Shown in pieces: positions 22,445-32,118 of a stretch of DNA of 64,000 bases (the first letter of the stretch is position 1; every line of letters starts with the position of its first letter). The notes below the pieces were generated by a model. That model did no database searches, was not told the DNA's origin, and saw only the letters and a program-made list of their open reading frames with translations. Made by a program: the position numbers and the translations under genes. Source of the DNA: a bacterium (lineage in GTDB: Bacteria > UBA8248); assembly GCA_965221165.1 (NCBI GenBank), contig CBDCRP010000002.1, forward strand, positions 1,408,001-1,472,000. The letters run 5' to 3'.

Positions 22445-23659
22445 TCATCCGCCTGCAATCGGCGCCGGGCCAGATATCCACGATCCCCCTAACATCACAG
22501 CAATCAGTTCCAGTGAATCGGAATCGAGAGCGCAAAAATCCGCTCGCCGACCCGGAGCGAGACATCCCCACACGGATTCCATGCCAAGGACACACGCAGG
22601 GTTTCGCGTGGCCGTCGTCAGGGCGCAAGCGATCTCGAGCCCGCCCCATTCCCGAAAGCGGGGAAGCATCCGCGAGAGCGTGAGCCGGCTGCCGCTCAAT
22701 ACGCCCTCGCGCCTTAAGGCGTCGCCCAGCATCTCGTCGCTCGTCTCCTCCGCGTCCGCTTGGGGCCTTAAACCCCCATCGGCCACGAGATCCGAAGTGA
22801 GGACCGTCCTCTCCCAGCCCCTGGCGCGAACGAAAGATGCGAGCGCTCGCGGGGCCAAGTGCACGCCGTCCGCTATAAGGCCGGCGGAGAGCCTCGAATC
22901 GTTCTGCACGAAATCCATGGGCGAGGCGCTCCTGTGCGCAGGAGTCTCCGGATGCCCGTAGCGATTGAACGCATGAACCGCGAATGCGCAGCCCGCCTCC
23001 AAAAACGCCTCCACGCAGGCGGCCTCGGCCTCCGTGTGCCCCATGGCAGGGACGACACCATTCTCCGCCAGCCAGCGGACGAAGTCCGAGGCGTCCGCCG
23101 CACCGGGGGAGAGCGTCACCATGGCCAACCCGGGCGCGCCGTCCACTCCCAACCCCCCGGCGGCCCGGGCGATCGCCTCGATCTCTTTTCTCGATGGCGC
23201 GCGGATATGCTCTCGCGGATGCGCCCCCCCCATACGCGGCTCCAGATAAGGACCCTCCAGGTGAACGCCCAGGATTCGCGCCTCGGCCCTGCCTTCTTCT
23301 TGAAGCGCCCACGCTTCCCTCACTGCGCCAGCCGCGCGAATCAACTCCTCCCGAGGGGCCGTGGTAATGGTAGGCAAAAAAGCGGTGGTTCCGCACCTCG
23401 CCAATTCCCGGGCGATTCGCCGGATACCGGCAGCGCTCGCCGTGAGCACCGCATCCGCCCCCAGACCGTTGACCTGAAGATCCAGGAAGCCGGGGCACAC
23501 GAGCGCGCCTCCTAAGTCGAGTACCCGGGCCTCGGGAGGCAAAGGATGCGCGCCGCGCGGCCCCACATACGAAAAAACGCCCTCCTCGATGACGAGGAGG
23601 GCGTCCACTATTCTTTCGAGCGGCGTATAAGCCGTCACGCCCACGAGGCACAGAGCCAT
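22445..23659 (-). CDS. nagA: N-acetylglucosamine-6-phosphate deacetylase (divergent)
   Basis: PGFLDLQVNG, GVHLEGPYL, GAHP, HAFN, IADGVH and ATRNPA motifs. Confidence 0.85.
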   Translation of the reverse strand: MALCLVGVTAYTPLERIVDALLVIEEGVFSYVGPRGAHPLPPEARVLDLGGALVCPGFLDLQVNGLGADAVLTASAAGIRRIARELARCGTTAFLPTITTAPREELIRAAGAVREAWALQEEGRAEARILGVHLEGPYLEPRMGGAHPREHIRAPSRKEIEAIARAAGGLGVDGAPGLAMVTLSPGAADASDFVRWLAENGVVPAMGHTEAEAACVEAFLEAGCAFAVHAFNRYGHPETPAHRSASPMDFVQNDSRLSAGLIADGVHLAPRALASFVRARGWERTVLTSDLVADGGLRPQADAEETSDEMLGDALRREGVLSGSRLTLSRMLPRFREWGGLEIACALTTATRNPACVLGMESVWGCLAPGRRADFCALDSDSLELIAVMLGGSWISGPAPIAGG

Positions 23660-23668
23660 GATGCGGGC

Positions 23669-24274
23669 CTACTTCTTCTTTTCGCTTTTCTTCAGTTCCG
23701 CGCGCACCTTCTCGTTCGCGTCGATGAGCGACTCGACGTTCTCCCGCGCCACCTCGTACAGGGAGAATTGCACCCGTTCGAGTATCAGGCGGCCTGCCAG
23801 AGTGGTGACGCCCGGAATCTTGGGCGGTATCTCCTTCTTACCCGAGCCTTTCGCAATCTCCTCGATGTCCTTTAGGACCTCCCGGTCGTCGTAGAGTTCC
23901 TCCCCCTCATACTGGTAGGTGAGCTTCACGTAATCTCTTTCTTTTCTTTCCTGATCGCGCGTTTCACGGACGATGTTCTCCATGTCGGCGGAAACGGGTT
24001 TTTTCGCCGATTCGTTGCGTTTCTCGATCTGCTGGAAATACTTGGCGTGATCGTAGGATTCGGACAACTCCTCGCCCGGTATCTTCGAGCTGATCTCGAA
24101 GCGTATCGCCTTGTCCACATCCACGAATTTCGGCGGGCCGATTTCGTAGGTAATGCCCTCGACGTTGAACCGATCTCCCTTCTTGGGCTCGAACTTCTTC
24201 TGTAAGTCTTTCGTTAAGCGGTTAAGCGAAACAGAAGCGGTTTGCACAAAAAGCTGCGCTTGAAGTGAAGACAT
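23669..24274 (-). CDS. Hypothetical protein (charged, ~200 aa)
   Basis: Protein-like 3' part of ORF 23669..25231, with GAGGAG before ATG 24274; the 5' part is the antisense shadow of dctP. Confidence 0.75.
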   Translation of the reverse strand: MSSLQAQLFVQTASVSLNRLTKDLQKKFEPKKGDRFNVEGITYEIGPPKFVDVDKAIRFEISSKIPGEELSESYDHAKYFQQIEKRNESAKKPVSADMENIVRETRDQERKERDYVKLTYQYEGEELYDDREVLKDIEEIAKGSGKKEIPPKIPGVTTLAGRLILERVQFSLYEVARENVESLIDANEKVRAELKKSEKKK

Positions 24275-24484
24275 TTTTTGTATCTCCTCGGCTCGAAGGA
24301 CAAATCGAAGATGGAACATGCCCCAGCGCGACGAATGCGTCAAGACCTCGGGAGGTGTTTCGGGAGCCCATCCGACAATAATGATAGCCCCCATATTCCC
24401 ATCGGCATAGGAGGATATATGTGATATTGTCGCGCTATTCAAGCGCGCCCTATCTCTATATCCCAGAAAAAGGAGCGAATTCAG

Positions 24485-25411
24485 ATGGCCGAGCCGGTCC
24501 ACATCCGCATCGGGGGCTATTCCCCGCCCGATACCTCCCACAGCCGCGCGATGATTCTCTTCGGGGAGAAGATGGCCGAACGGCTGGGCGACGGCGTCAA
24601 GACGGACATCTTCTGGAACGTGATGGATTTCGGCTACGGCGCGCCCGACCTGCTCGCCATGGTGGAATGCGGGATGCTTGGCATGTGTTATTTCTCGACG
24701 AGCTATCTCGCCGACAGGGTGCCTGAACTGGAAATCGTCGACCTGCCCTTTTTGTTCGAGGATTCCGCCCACGCCTACGGCGCGCTCGACGGCGCACTCG
24801 GCGCGCATCTCACCGAGCGAATCGAAGCGCAGACGGGCTACAAGAACCTGGGCTTTTGGGACAACGGATTCCGCCATCTCTCGAACAGCGTCCGCGACGT
24901 GAGAACGCCGGACGATTGCCGGGGTCTGCGGATCCGCCTGCAGCCCAACGAGACGCACGTGAAGACCTTCGAACTCCTCGGAGCCGAGGCCATGCCGGTG
25001 GAGCTCAAGGAAGGAATCGCCATGATCGAATCGGGCGAGGTGAACGCGCAGGAAAACCCCCTTTCGAACACCGTCACCTACGGCGTCACGAACCACCAAA
25101 GGCGCATCACGATGAGCGGCCACTTCTACGGCGCGCGCGCCCTGCTCATCCACCGGGAGAGCTTCGACGCCTGGCCCGCCCAGGTCCAAGAGGCGGCGCG
25201 CGCCTGCATCCGAGAAGCCATCGACCACCAAAGAGAAGCCGCCCAGGCGGGGGAGATCGCGATTCGCCGGAGCCTCGAGGAAGAAGGCGTCTCCTTCGTG
25301 GACCTGACGGATGAGGAGCGCGCGGCGTTTGCGGACGCCACGGAACCCATTCGCGCCATAGCCAGGGAAAGGCTTGGAGACGCGCTGTTCGATTTGGCGA
25401 TGAGGAAATAG
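24485..25411 (+). CDS. TRAP transporter substrate-binding protein (DctP family)
   Basis: DLPFLF, WDNGFRH, GLRIR and AQENP motifs; no signal peptide evident. Confidence 0.88.
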   Translation: MAEPVHIRIGGYSPPDTSHSRAMILFGEKMAERLGDGVKTDIFWNVMDFGYGAPDLLAMVECGMLGMCYFSTSYLADRVPELEIVDLPFLFEDSAHAYGALDGALGAHLTERIEAQTGYKNLGFWDNGFRHLSNSVRDVRTPDDCRGLRIRLQPNETHVKTFELLGAEAMPVELKEGIAMIESGEVNAQENPLSNTVTYGVTNHQRRITMSGHFYGARALLIHRESFDAWPAQVQEAARACIREAIDHQREAAQAGEIAIRRSLEEEGVSFVDLTDEERAAFADATEPIRAIARERLGDALFDLAMRK

Positions 25412-25533
25412 GAAAAGCGCGGTGCGGCTGAGCCTCGCCCGGTCCTCCTCGCCATCGCGCTCCCACTCCGGTTAGAATCTACACCTTGCAGCGCGAAGTG
25501 AGAACAGGTTCTTCATAGAAGGCGCGGAAAACC

Positions 25534-26523
25534 TTGCGTGTATTCTACATCGCCGCATGTCTGGTCGGCATCATCATCCTTGGTACGGCCGGCTACATCG
25601 CAATCGAGGGGTGGTCGCTCGTCGATTCTTTTTATATGACGATAATCACCCTCACGACGGTGGGCTACGGCGAGGTGCGCGGGTTGAGTACGATAGGACG
25701 CATGTTCACTGTGGCGCTTCTGCTCGTGGGCGTGGGCGCCGTATTCTACGGCACTGCGAGCATCGCCGAAGCGAGGCTCGAAGAGCGGATACGTCAGATT
25801 TTCGGGAGGCGGAAACTGGTGAGAGAACTCAAAAAGCTCGAAGGTCATCACATCATCTGCGGGTATGGGCGCATCGGCTCCACCATCGCGGGAGAATACG
25901 CCAGAGAGTCGCTGCCCTACGTCATCATCGAGAGTGACGAGGCCACCGCCACCCACCTCGATCAGGAGGGACACCTCGTGATTCTCGGTGACGCCACACT
26001 CGATGAAACACTCATCGAGGCGAACGTGGAGAAAGCCCGAAGCCTCGTCTGCGCCCTGCCCACGGATGCGGAAAACGTGTTCGTCACCCTCACGGCGAGG
26101 GCGTTGAACCCCAACCTCTTCATCCTGAGCCGCGCTGCGATAGAAAGCTCCATCGGAAAAATGGAGACAGCCGGGGCAGACCACGTGGTCTCACCCTACA
26201 TCATGGGCGGCATGCGCATGGCGCAGTCCGTTCTGAGGCCCAAGTTCGCCGGCTTCCTAGACGAAGTCACCAGCCACGCGACGGAGGACCTAGATTTCGA
26301 GGAAGTGGACGTGCCCGAAGGGTCGGACCTGGTCGGCATGGCTCTCAGGGAATCGAAGATCAGCCAGGACACCGGCGTCTACCTGCTATCCATCCGCCAG
26401 AGCAGCGGGGAGATGCGCTTCAACCCGGGGCCTGATTTTCAAATCCAAGCGGGAGACCACCTCTACGCCCTGGGCACGCCCGCGCAAGTGGAATCCCTGC
26501 GCAAGCGCGTTCACGAGAAGTAG
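25534..26523 (+). CDS. Potassium channel with RCK (TrkA-N/TrkA-C) domains
   Basis: TTVGYG selectivity filter, GYGRIG, GDAT and TrkA-C. Confidence 0.93.
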   Translation: MRVFYIAACLVGIIILGTAGYIAIEGWSLVDSFYMTIITLTTVGYGEVRGLSTIGRMFTVALLLVGVGAVFYGTASIAEARLEERIRQIFGRRKLVRELKKLEGHHIICGYGRIGSTIAGEYARESLPYVIIESDEATATHLDQEGHLVILGDATLDETLIEANVEKARSLVCALPTDAENVFVTLTARALNPNLFILSRAAIESSIGKMETAGADHVVSPYIMGGMRMAQSVLRPKFAGFLDEVTSHATEDLDFEEVDVPEGSDLVGMALRESKISQDTGVYLLSIRQSSGEMRFNPGPDFQIQAGDHLYALGTPAQVESLRKRVHEK

Positions 26524-26535
26524 CAAGCGCTCCTG

Positions 26536-27270
26536 TTAGCCAAGAGCGTTCAGTTTCAAACCCTCCGCCAGACGCAGGAGTTTGGCTGCGGCCTCGGTTC
26601 CCGGAGCTGCACGCGCCATAATCTCATCCGCCCCCGCCAGGTGGGGAATCACGCCCAGAAGCGGGGCGTCCTCCCCGCAAAGCTCGGCGATGGCCGCCGG
26701 ATTTCGCTCCGACGCCGGTGTGACTTCCCCCGTCGTGTCGGATAAGATGACGCCCAGAACATCGAGACCCTGCCTCTCGGCCTCCCGTACGCTCAAAAGA
26801 GTGTGGTTGATGGTCCCGAGCCCCAGCGGGGCGACTATAACCAAAGGCAGATTCGCGCGGCACGCCAAATCGCTCATCAAGACCCCCTCGGCCAAGGGGG
26901 CGAGAAGGCCACCCGCTCCCTCGACGAGCATGGGTCTCCCTTCTTGTCGGAGCGCTTCTATCGAACCTGCGATGCGTTCTAAATCCGGCGGAGCGCCCTC
27001 GCGCTCGGCCGCGTGAGCGGGGGTCAAGGGAATTTCGTATCTGTAGGGACAAATCTCATCCACGGGCCGCGGATCGCCCGCAGCTGTCCTGAGCGCCAGA
27101 GCGTCGCGGGGAACGAGGTGTCCTCCCTCGAGCGTGCAGCCCGATTCGGCCGGCTTCATCACCCTGGGGCTTCTGCCCTGCGCCGCCCAGTGAGCCGCGA
27201 TAATACAGCCCGCCACCGTCTTCCCCACGCCGGTTCCCGTTCCGGTCAAAAAAATGGCAATATCGGACAT
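26536..27270 (-). CDS. bioD: Dethiobiotin synthase
   Basis: TGTGTGVGKT, KPAESG, VEGAGG and LGTINHT motifs. Confidence 0.94.
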   Translation of the reverse strand: MSDIAIFLTGTGTGVGKTVAGCIIAAHWAAQGRSPRVMKPAESGCTLEGGHLVPRDALALRTAAGDPRPVDEICPYRYEIPLTPAHAAEREGAPPDLERIAGSIEALRQEGRPMLVEGAGGLLAPLAEGVLMSDLACRANLPLVIVAPLGLGTINHTLLSVREAERQGLDVLGVILSDTTGEVTPASERNPAAIAELCGEDAPLLGVIPHLAGADEIMARAAPGTEAAAKLLRLAEGLKLNALG

Positions 27271-27297
27271 CGGGTGAACCTCAAGAGGAGCCTGAAA

Positions 27298-27528
27298 ATG
27301 ACGCGCGCCAAAACCATCGACCTCACGGGCGAAATGTGCCCCATGAACTGGGTGCGGACCAAGCTCGCGCTCGAGGCGATGGCGCCGAGCGATACGATCG
27401 AAGTATGGCTCGACGCGGGCGAGGCCGCCACCAGCGTCCCCAAAAGCGCGGCCGCCGAGGGCCACACCATTCAGAGCACGACACCGGATGAGGAAGGCCG
27501 CGTCCGCGTCGTGATAAGGAAGAGGTGA
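27298..27528 (+). CDS. tusA: TusA/SirA family sulfur carrier
   Basis: IDLTGEMCPMNWVRTKLAL (CPM motif), 76 aa, AGGAG RBS. Confidence 0.88.
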   Translation: MTRAKTIDLTGEMCPMNWVRTKLALEAMAPSDTIEVWLDAGEAATSVPKSAAAEGHTIQSTTPDEEGRVRVVIRKR

Positions 27529-27572
27529 AACTTCTTACTTATGGGTAAGCCTTCGGACAGTCTTTAATATCC

Positions 27573-27620
27573 TGCCAAATAGCGTGTCAAATAGTACGCC
27601 AAGTAGTACGCCAAATAGTG
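27573..27620 (+). repeat. Four tandem 12-bp repeats (consensus YGYCAARTAGYR)
   Basis: TGCCAAATAGCG-TGTCAAATAGTA-CGCCAAGTAGTA-CGCCAAATAGTG. Confidence 0.9.
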
Positions 27621-27651
27621 AAAATTTAAGAGCATTCTTATCAAATATAAT

Positions 27652-27684
27652 TTGACAAACATATTATAATCATATATTTATAAT
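27652..27684 (+). promoter_or_regulatory. Putative sigma70 promoter of the fic gene
   Basis: Perfect TTGACA at 27652-27657 followed by AT-rich -10 candidates (TATATT, TATTTA, TATAAT). Confidence 0.5.
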
Positions 27685-27695
27685 TTTATATGCGC

Positions 27696-27731
27696 TGCCA
27701 AATAGCGTGTCAAATAACATGTCAAATAGGA
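27696..27731 (+). repeat. Three tandem 12-bp repeats, second array of the same family
   Basis: TGCCAAATAGCG-TGTCAAATAACA-TGTCAAATAGGA. Confidence 0.9.
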
Positions 27732-27738
27732 AGTAAAA

Positions 27739-28929
27739 TTGGACTGGAAAAATTTCGAATTCGCATATGACTATAAAACCGCTGGTCTCATGAGTACCAT
27801 TGTTTCCATAGAAGCGTCCAAAGAAGCAGCCATGACACTCGTCCTTCCTCCTGAGTGGAGAGAAACGCTGAACAAGCTCAACCGCATTCGCGCCATTCAC
27901 GGCACTACTGCAATTGAGGGAAATCCCCTTTCAGAAGCTGAAGTCTCACAACAAATCGAGGCTCAGGAGCAATCCACCGATCATCAGGATGCAACGCAAC
28001 TCAGCAAGGAGCAGATTCAGATCAGAAACGCCGGTGCTGCGCAAACGTGGGTTCAAGAGAGGTTTAAACCTCACAGCGACCCTTTCACTCTCTCTGACAT
28101 TTTAAACATGCACGAAATGATCACCGAGAATGCCGACATGACGGATAACACGCCCGGAAACCTTAGAGCTTTTTCGGTTACCGTCGGAAGCCCATCTCTG
28201 GGAGGCGTTCACAGAGGAGCACCACATGAGCAATTACCAGACTTAATGAGTAAATATCTTGAGTTCTTGAGATCCCGCAAAATGGAGGCGGAACACCCCG
28301 CCATTCGAGCATTGCTGGCGCATTTTTTCCTGGTAACGATCCACCCCTTTGGTGATGGTAACGGCAGAACATCTCGCCTGGTGGAAGCGGGAATCTTGTT
28401 CCAGGAGGGGTATAACGTTCACGGATTCTACGGACTATCGAATTATTTCTATCGCCATGACGATGAATATAAAAGGCTTCTTCAAAAGTGTAGAGAAGAA
28501 CAACCCTTTGATGTTACCCCGTTCATTACCTTTGGCTTACAGGGCTTTATGGAGGAATTGAAAGGAATCAACAATTTCATCAAGACGAAGCTGAATCGAA
28601 TCGTCTATCGAAACATGCTGGTGCAAGCGCGCAATAAGAAGATATCCGAAAGGAGACATTTGATTAACGACAGGGAATACAATCTCCTTGATTTTTTAAT
28701 CACAGAAACCGAACCCATCGATCCATTCTCCGAGCAACCCTCAAGGGTGATTGGCGCTACGGAATTGATCGGATCTCCCTATATTCTAGGAGCATACAGG
28801 AACGTAACCACGAGGACTCTCATCAGAGAATTGCTCCGACTTGAGCAATTTGGCTTTATCAAAGTCACGGATACACCACCTAATGACCTGAAAATTGAAC
28901 TGGACTTTGACGCGATAGGGAAATACTAA
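27739..28929 (+). CDS. Fic family AMPylase with an autoinhibitory helix and C-terminal wHTH
   Basis: Intact HPFGDGNGRTSR motif, TTAIEGN inhibitory motif, C-terminal TRTLIRELLRLEQFGFI; AT-richer than its flanks. Confidence 0.92.
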   Translation: MDWKNFEFAYDYKTAGLMSTIVSIEASKEAAMTLVLPPEWRETLNKLNRIRAIHGTTAIEGNPLSEAEVSQQIEAQEQSTDHQDATQLSKEQIQIRNAGAAQTWVQERFKPHSDPFTLSDILNMHEMITENADMTDNTPGNLRAFSVTVGSPSLGGVHRGAPHEQLPDLMSKYLEFLRSRKMEAEHPAIRALLAHFFLVTIHPFGDGNGRTSRLVEAGILFQEGYNVHGFYGLSNYFYRHDDEYKRLLQKCREEQPFDVTPFITFGLQGFMEELKGINNFIKTKLNRIVYRNMLVQARNKKISERRHLINDREYNLLDFLITETEPIDPFSEQPSRVIGATELIGSPYILGAYRNVTTRTLIRELLRLEQFGFIKVTDTPPNDLKIELDFDAIGKY

Positions 28930-28956
28930 TTTGTGCCCCATTCGAGGACCTCCCCC

Positions 28957-29436
28957 TCACGGCAACGGCTCGTCCTTGAGCCAGCGGGCGAGGGCTTTTT
29001 CGGGGTCGGCGATCTCCTCGATCGCGGCATACCAGTAGGCCTCCCAGCCCACCTCGGGCAGGCCGGTGAAAATCATGAGGTTCAGGGGATAGCTCTCACA
29101 ATCGGTCGAGCGCCTGAAATCGTCGCGGAACAAGAAGACGGGCTTTCTCCAGGCGACGGCCATGCCGAGTTCCACCATCACGCCCTCATCGGGCGGACAG
29201 CCGTTGACCACGCCGAAAAAGCCCGCCGCCTCGCGCACGTCGCGCATATCGTCCTGGCCCACGCGGTACGCCCAGCCGGGACTCGCGAGCCGCTCGGGCT
29301 GGTTGTTGCGCGTGAACGGTTCCCACACCTCGGCGCCCTCGGCTTCTAACGCCGCCACGAGCGCCTTCAAGGGCCCCTCGCGCTGCTGCAAGGAAAATCC
29401 ATAAGGACTCGCCAGATACAGGGTCTTATCCGCCAT
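28957..29436 (-). CDS. Nucleoside 2-deoxyribosyltransferase family protein
   Basis: YLASPYGFS, DEGVMVELGMA and YPLNLM motifs. Confidence 0.88.
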   Translation of the reverse strand: MADKTLYLASPYGFSLQQREGPLKALVAALEAEGAEVWEPFTRNNQPERLASPGWAYRVGQDDMRDVREAAGFFGVVNGCPPDEGVMVELGMAVAWRKPVFLFRDDFRRSTDCESYPLNLMIFTGLPEVGWEAYWYAAIEEIADPEKALARWLKDEPLP

Positions 29437-29596
29437 GCTCACCCCCTCTCCTCTGTCATTCACCTCGCGCCGTCGATAAGGGAGCGCGCGGCATACTCCC
29501 ACACGATGAGAGGGGTCGTCCAGCGCAGGCCCGGCCACTCCCGAGCCGCCGGTCCATCCTCCGCGCCACTCCTCGAGCACAAGTGGGCGTTCAGCC

Positions 29597-30751
29597 TCAT
29601 TTCACGTTCTCGCCGAAGACGGCGAAGGCCAGCCCTGCGCACAGCGCCAGGCCAGCGGCGACGTGGAGCAGCGTCACGAACCCCCATATCGGGAGCAGCC
29701 AGCCCGCCGTGAGCGCGCCGAGCGTGGAGCCGACCCCCCAGGTGGCGGCGCTATAGAGGGATTGGGCCGTGTTCTTCGTCGCCGCGCTGCTCAGGCGGTC
29801 GACGTACTGAATCGCGCCCGCGTGGAAGACGCCGAAGGCGACGCCGTGCAGGAGCTGAATGAGGATGAGCAGAAAAGCGTCCGTCGTGAGGGCGACGAAC
29901 TCCCACCTCAGGCCTGCGGCCATCATGCCGACGGCTATCATCCACTTGAGGCCGAACCTCGTCTGGATGGCCTGCGCGTAGATGAGAAAGACTATCTCGC
30001 TCACCACGCCCACCGTCCACGCCAGGGCGATCAGGTCCGCCGACATGCCCAATTCTTTAAGCCTGATGCTGAAATAAATCCCAAAGGGCCCTGCGGACAT
30101 CGCGGCGAACGTGGTGGTGAGGAGGAAAACGGCGAGCGGGCTGCTTCGGAGCAAGAGACTCAGGTCGGCCCGGAAGCGCGGTCGCGCGCGGCCCGTCTCT
30201 CTCGGCAGATGAAAGATCACGAAAATGAGCAGAAGGCCCACGCACGCCACAAACGGAAAGATGGAGGCGACCCCGGTGGTCTCGACCAGACGGCCCGCGC
30301 CCATGGCCGCGACGATGAAGCCCAGCGACCCCCACAGGCGCACCCGGCCGTACTGCGCGCCCGTGGCCTCGATCTCGCGCAGGCAAAGATTCTCGGCTAT
30401 CGGCACGAGGGGGGCTCTGAGCGCGGCGAAGAGCGTGATCAATGTGAGCAGGGCGAGAAATCCGTTCGCCCCCCACAGGAGGAGCGCGAGCAAAGAACTC
30501 GCGACGGCGCACGTGAAGGCCACGCTGCGGCCCAAGCGGAATTTGTCCGCGAGCGCTCCGAACAGGGGCGGAGCGAGCGCGCTCGAGAGGCGGGGCGCTG
30601 CGTTCAGCAGGCCGAGCTGGAACCCGCTCACGCCCACGGAATGATAAAAGATGTTCAGGAACGGGAGCATGACGCCCACGGCGAAAAAATGCAGGAAATA
30701 AAACGCGGGCATCCGCCAGAAGGGGACTGCGCCGGGGGCTTGCGCGCTCAT
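29597..30751 (-). CDS. MFS transporter (MFS_1-like/HcaT-like)
   Basis: About 12 hydrophobic segments; YGRVRLWGSLGF and QLLHG motifs. Confidence 0.88.
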   Translation of the reverse strand: MSAQAPGAVPFWRMPAFYFLHFFAVGVMLPFLNIFYHSVGVSGFQLGLLNAAPRLSSALAPPLFGALADKFRLGRSVAFTCAVASSLLALLLWGANGFLALLTLITLFAALRAPLVPIAENLCLREIEATGAQYGRVRLWGSLGFIVAAMGAGRLVETTGVASIFPFVACVGLLLIFVIFHLPRETGRARPRFRADLSLLLRSSPLAVFLLTTTFAAMSAGPFGIYFSIRLKELGMSADLIALAWTVGVVSEIVFLIYAQAIQTRFGLKWMIAVGMMAAGLRWEFVALTTDAFLLILIQLLHGVAFGVFHAGAIQYVDRLSSAATKNTAQSLYSAATWGVGSTLGALTAGWLLPIWGFVTLLHVAAGLALCAGLAFAVFGENVK

Positions 30752-31051
30752 GGGCGCGCACGGTGAAAACGGAGCATCGAGACCTCTTCACCCGGGCGGG
30801 AAAGCCCCATTCGACCACGATGTGAAAATGATTTCCACCCGCGCGGCGGCTTCCTAATTCGGCATGGTTTTGTTATCCTCCTCGCCCGATGGGTTATTTT
30901 GTTCCGAACCTTAAGATCAAGCGCGGGGCGGACCGAAATTCGGGGGTCGCACCAGCGAATCCAAAATCGACGAAAAGCGAGAAACCTCCATGGAGGGGGG
31001 AAATTCGCGTGACCTTTTTACCTCATCGGCAATTCTATCAGGAGCGAAATC

Positions 31052-32080
31052 ATGAACACGAACGACCTGGCGAAAATCGCCAACCAGATGGTGGCGCCTG
31101 GCAAAGGCATCCTCGCGGCGGACGAAAGTTCGGGTACGATTCAAAAGCGCCTCGACAGCATAGGCGTCGAATCCACCGAGGAGAACCGACGCGCCTATCG
31201 TGAGCTTCTCTTCACGACGGAGGGAATTGAGGAATACATTAGCGGCGTCATCCTGTTCGATGAAACACTGCGCCAGAGCACGGCGGATGGAACGAATTTC
31301 GGCGCGCTGCTCGCTTCGCGCGGCATCCTCCCCGGCATCAAGGTGGACATGGGAGCGAAGGATCTGGCTTTCGCACCGGGTGAGAAAGTCACCGAGGGTC
31401 TCGACGGCCTGCGCGAACGGCTGGCGGAATACGTCTTCCTGGGCGCTGCGTTCACCAAATGGCGCGCCGTCATCACCATCGGCGAGAGAATCCCCTCGGC
31501 GTATTGCATCGAGGCCAACGCGCACGGTCTCGCGCGCTACGCCGCGCTCTCCCAGGAAGCGGGCCTCGTGCCCATCGTGGAGCCCGAGGTGCTCATGGAC
31601 GCGGACAACACCATCGAGGTCTGCGAGGAGGTGACGAACGAAACGCTCGAGAGCGTCTTCCACGCCTTACACCAGCATCGCGTTTCGCTCGAGGGCATGA
31701 TCCTGAAACCCAACATGGTGATCTCGGGCAAAAAATGCCCGACCCAGGCGGGCGTGCAGGAAGTGGCCGAGGCCACGGTGCGCGCTCTCACGAGAAACGT
31801 GCCCGCCGCCGTGCACGGCATCTGCTTCCTCTCGGGCGGGCAGAGCGACGCCGTCGCCACCGCGCACTTAAATGCGATGAACGCGATGGGCCCCCACCCC
31901 TGGGAGCTCAGCTTCTCCTACGGACGCGCGCTGCAGGCGCCGGCGCTCAAGGGCTGGGGCGGCGAGGCGGCGAACGTATCCCTCGCCCAGAGACTCTTCC
32001 TGCATCGCTGCAAGTGCAACGGCGCCGCGCGCACGGGAGCGTATGAGGACGCGATGGAAGAAGAAGCCGCCGCCGCGTAG
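31052..32080 (+). CDS. Class I fructose-bisphosphate aldolase (glycolytic family)
   Basis: GILAADES, KWRAV, VPIVEPEV, LKPNMV, FLSGGQS and FSYGRALQ motifs. Confidence 0.96.
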   Translation: MNTNDLAKIANQMVAPGKGILAADESSGTIQKRLDSIGVESTEENRRAYRELLFTTEGIEEYISGVILFDETLRQSTADGTNFGALLASRGILPGIKVDMGAKDLAFAPGEKVTEGLDGLRERLAEYVFLGAAFTKWRAVITIGERIPSAYCIEANAHGLARYAALSQEAGLVPIVEPEVLMDADNTIEVCEEVTNETLESVFHALHQHRVSLEGMILKPNMVISGKKCPTQAGVQEVAEATVRALTRNVPAAVHGICFLSGGQSDAVATAHLNAMNAMGPHPWELSFSYGRALQAPALKGWGGEAANVSLAQRLFLHRCKCNGAARTGAYEDAMEEEAAAA

Positions 32081-32118
32081 CCGGGTAAGCGATCGCCCAC
32101 CAAGGAGTTGGAGAGAGA

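Noticed and set aside
27573-27731. Possible CRISPR array or replication iterons
   Set aside because: The units are 12 bp and contiguous with no unique spacers; there is no cas or rep gene.
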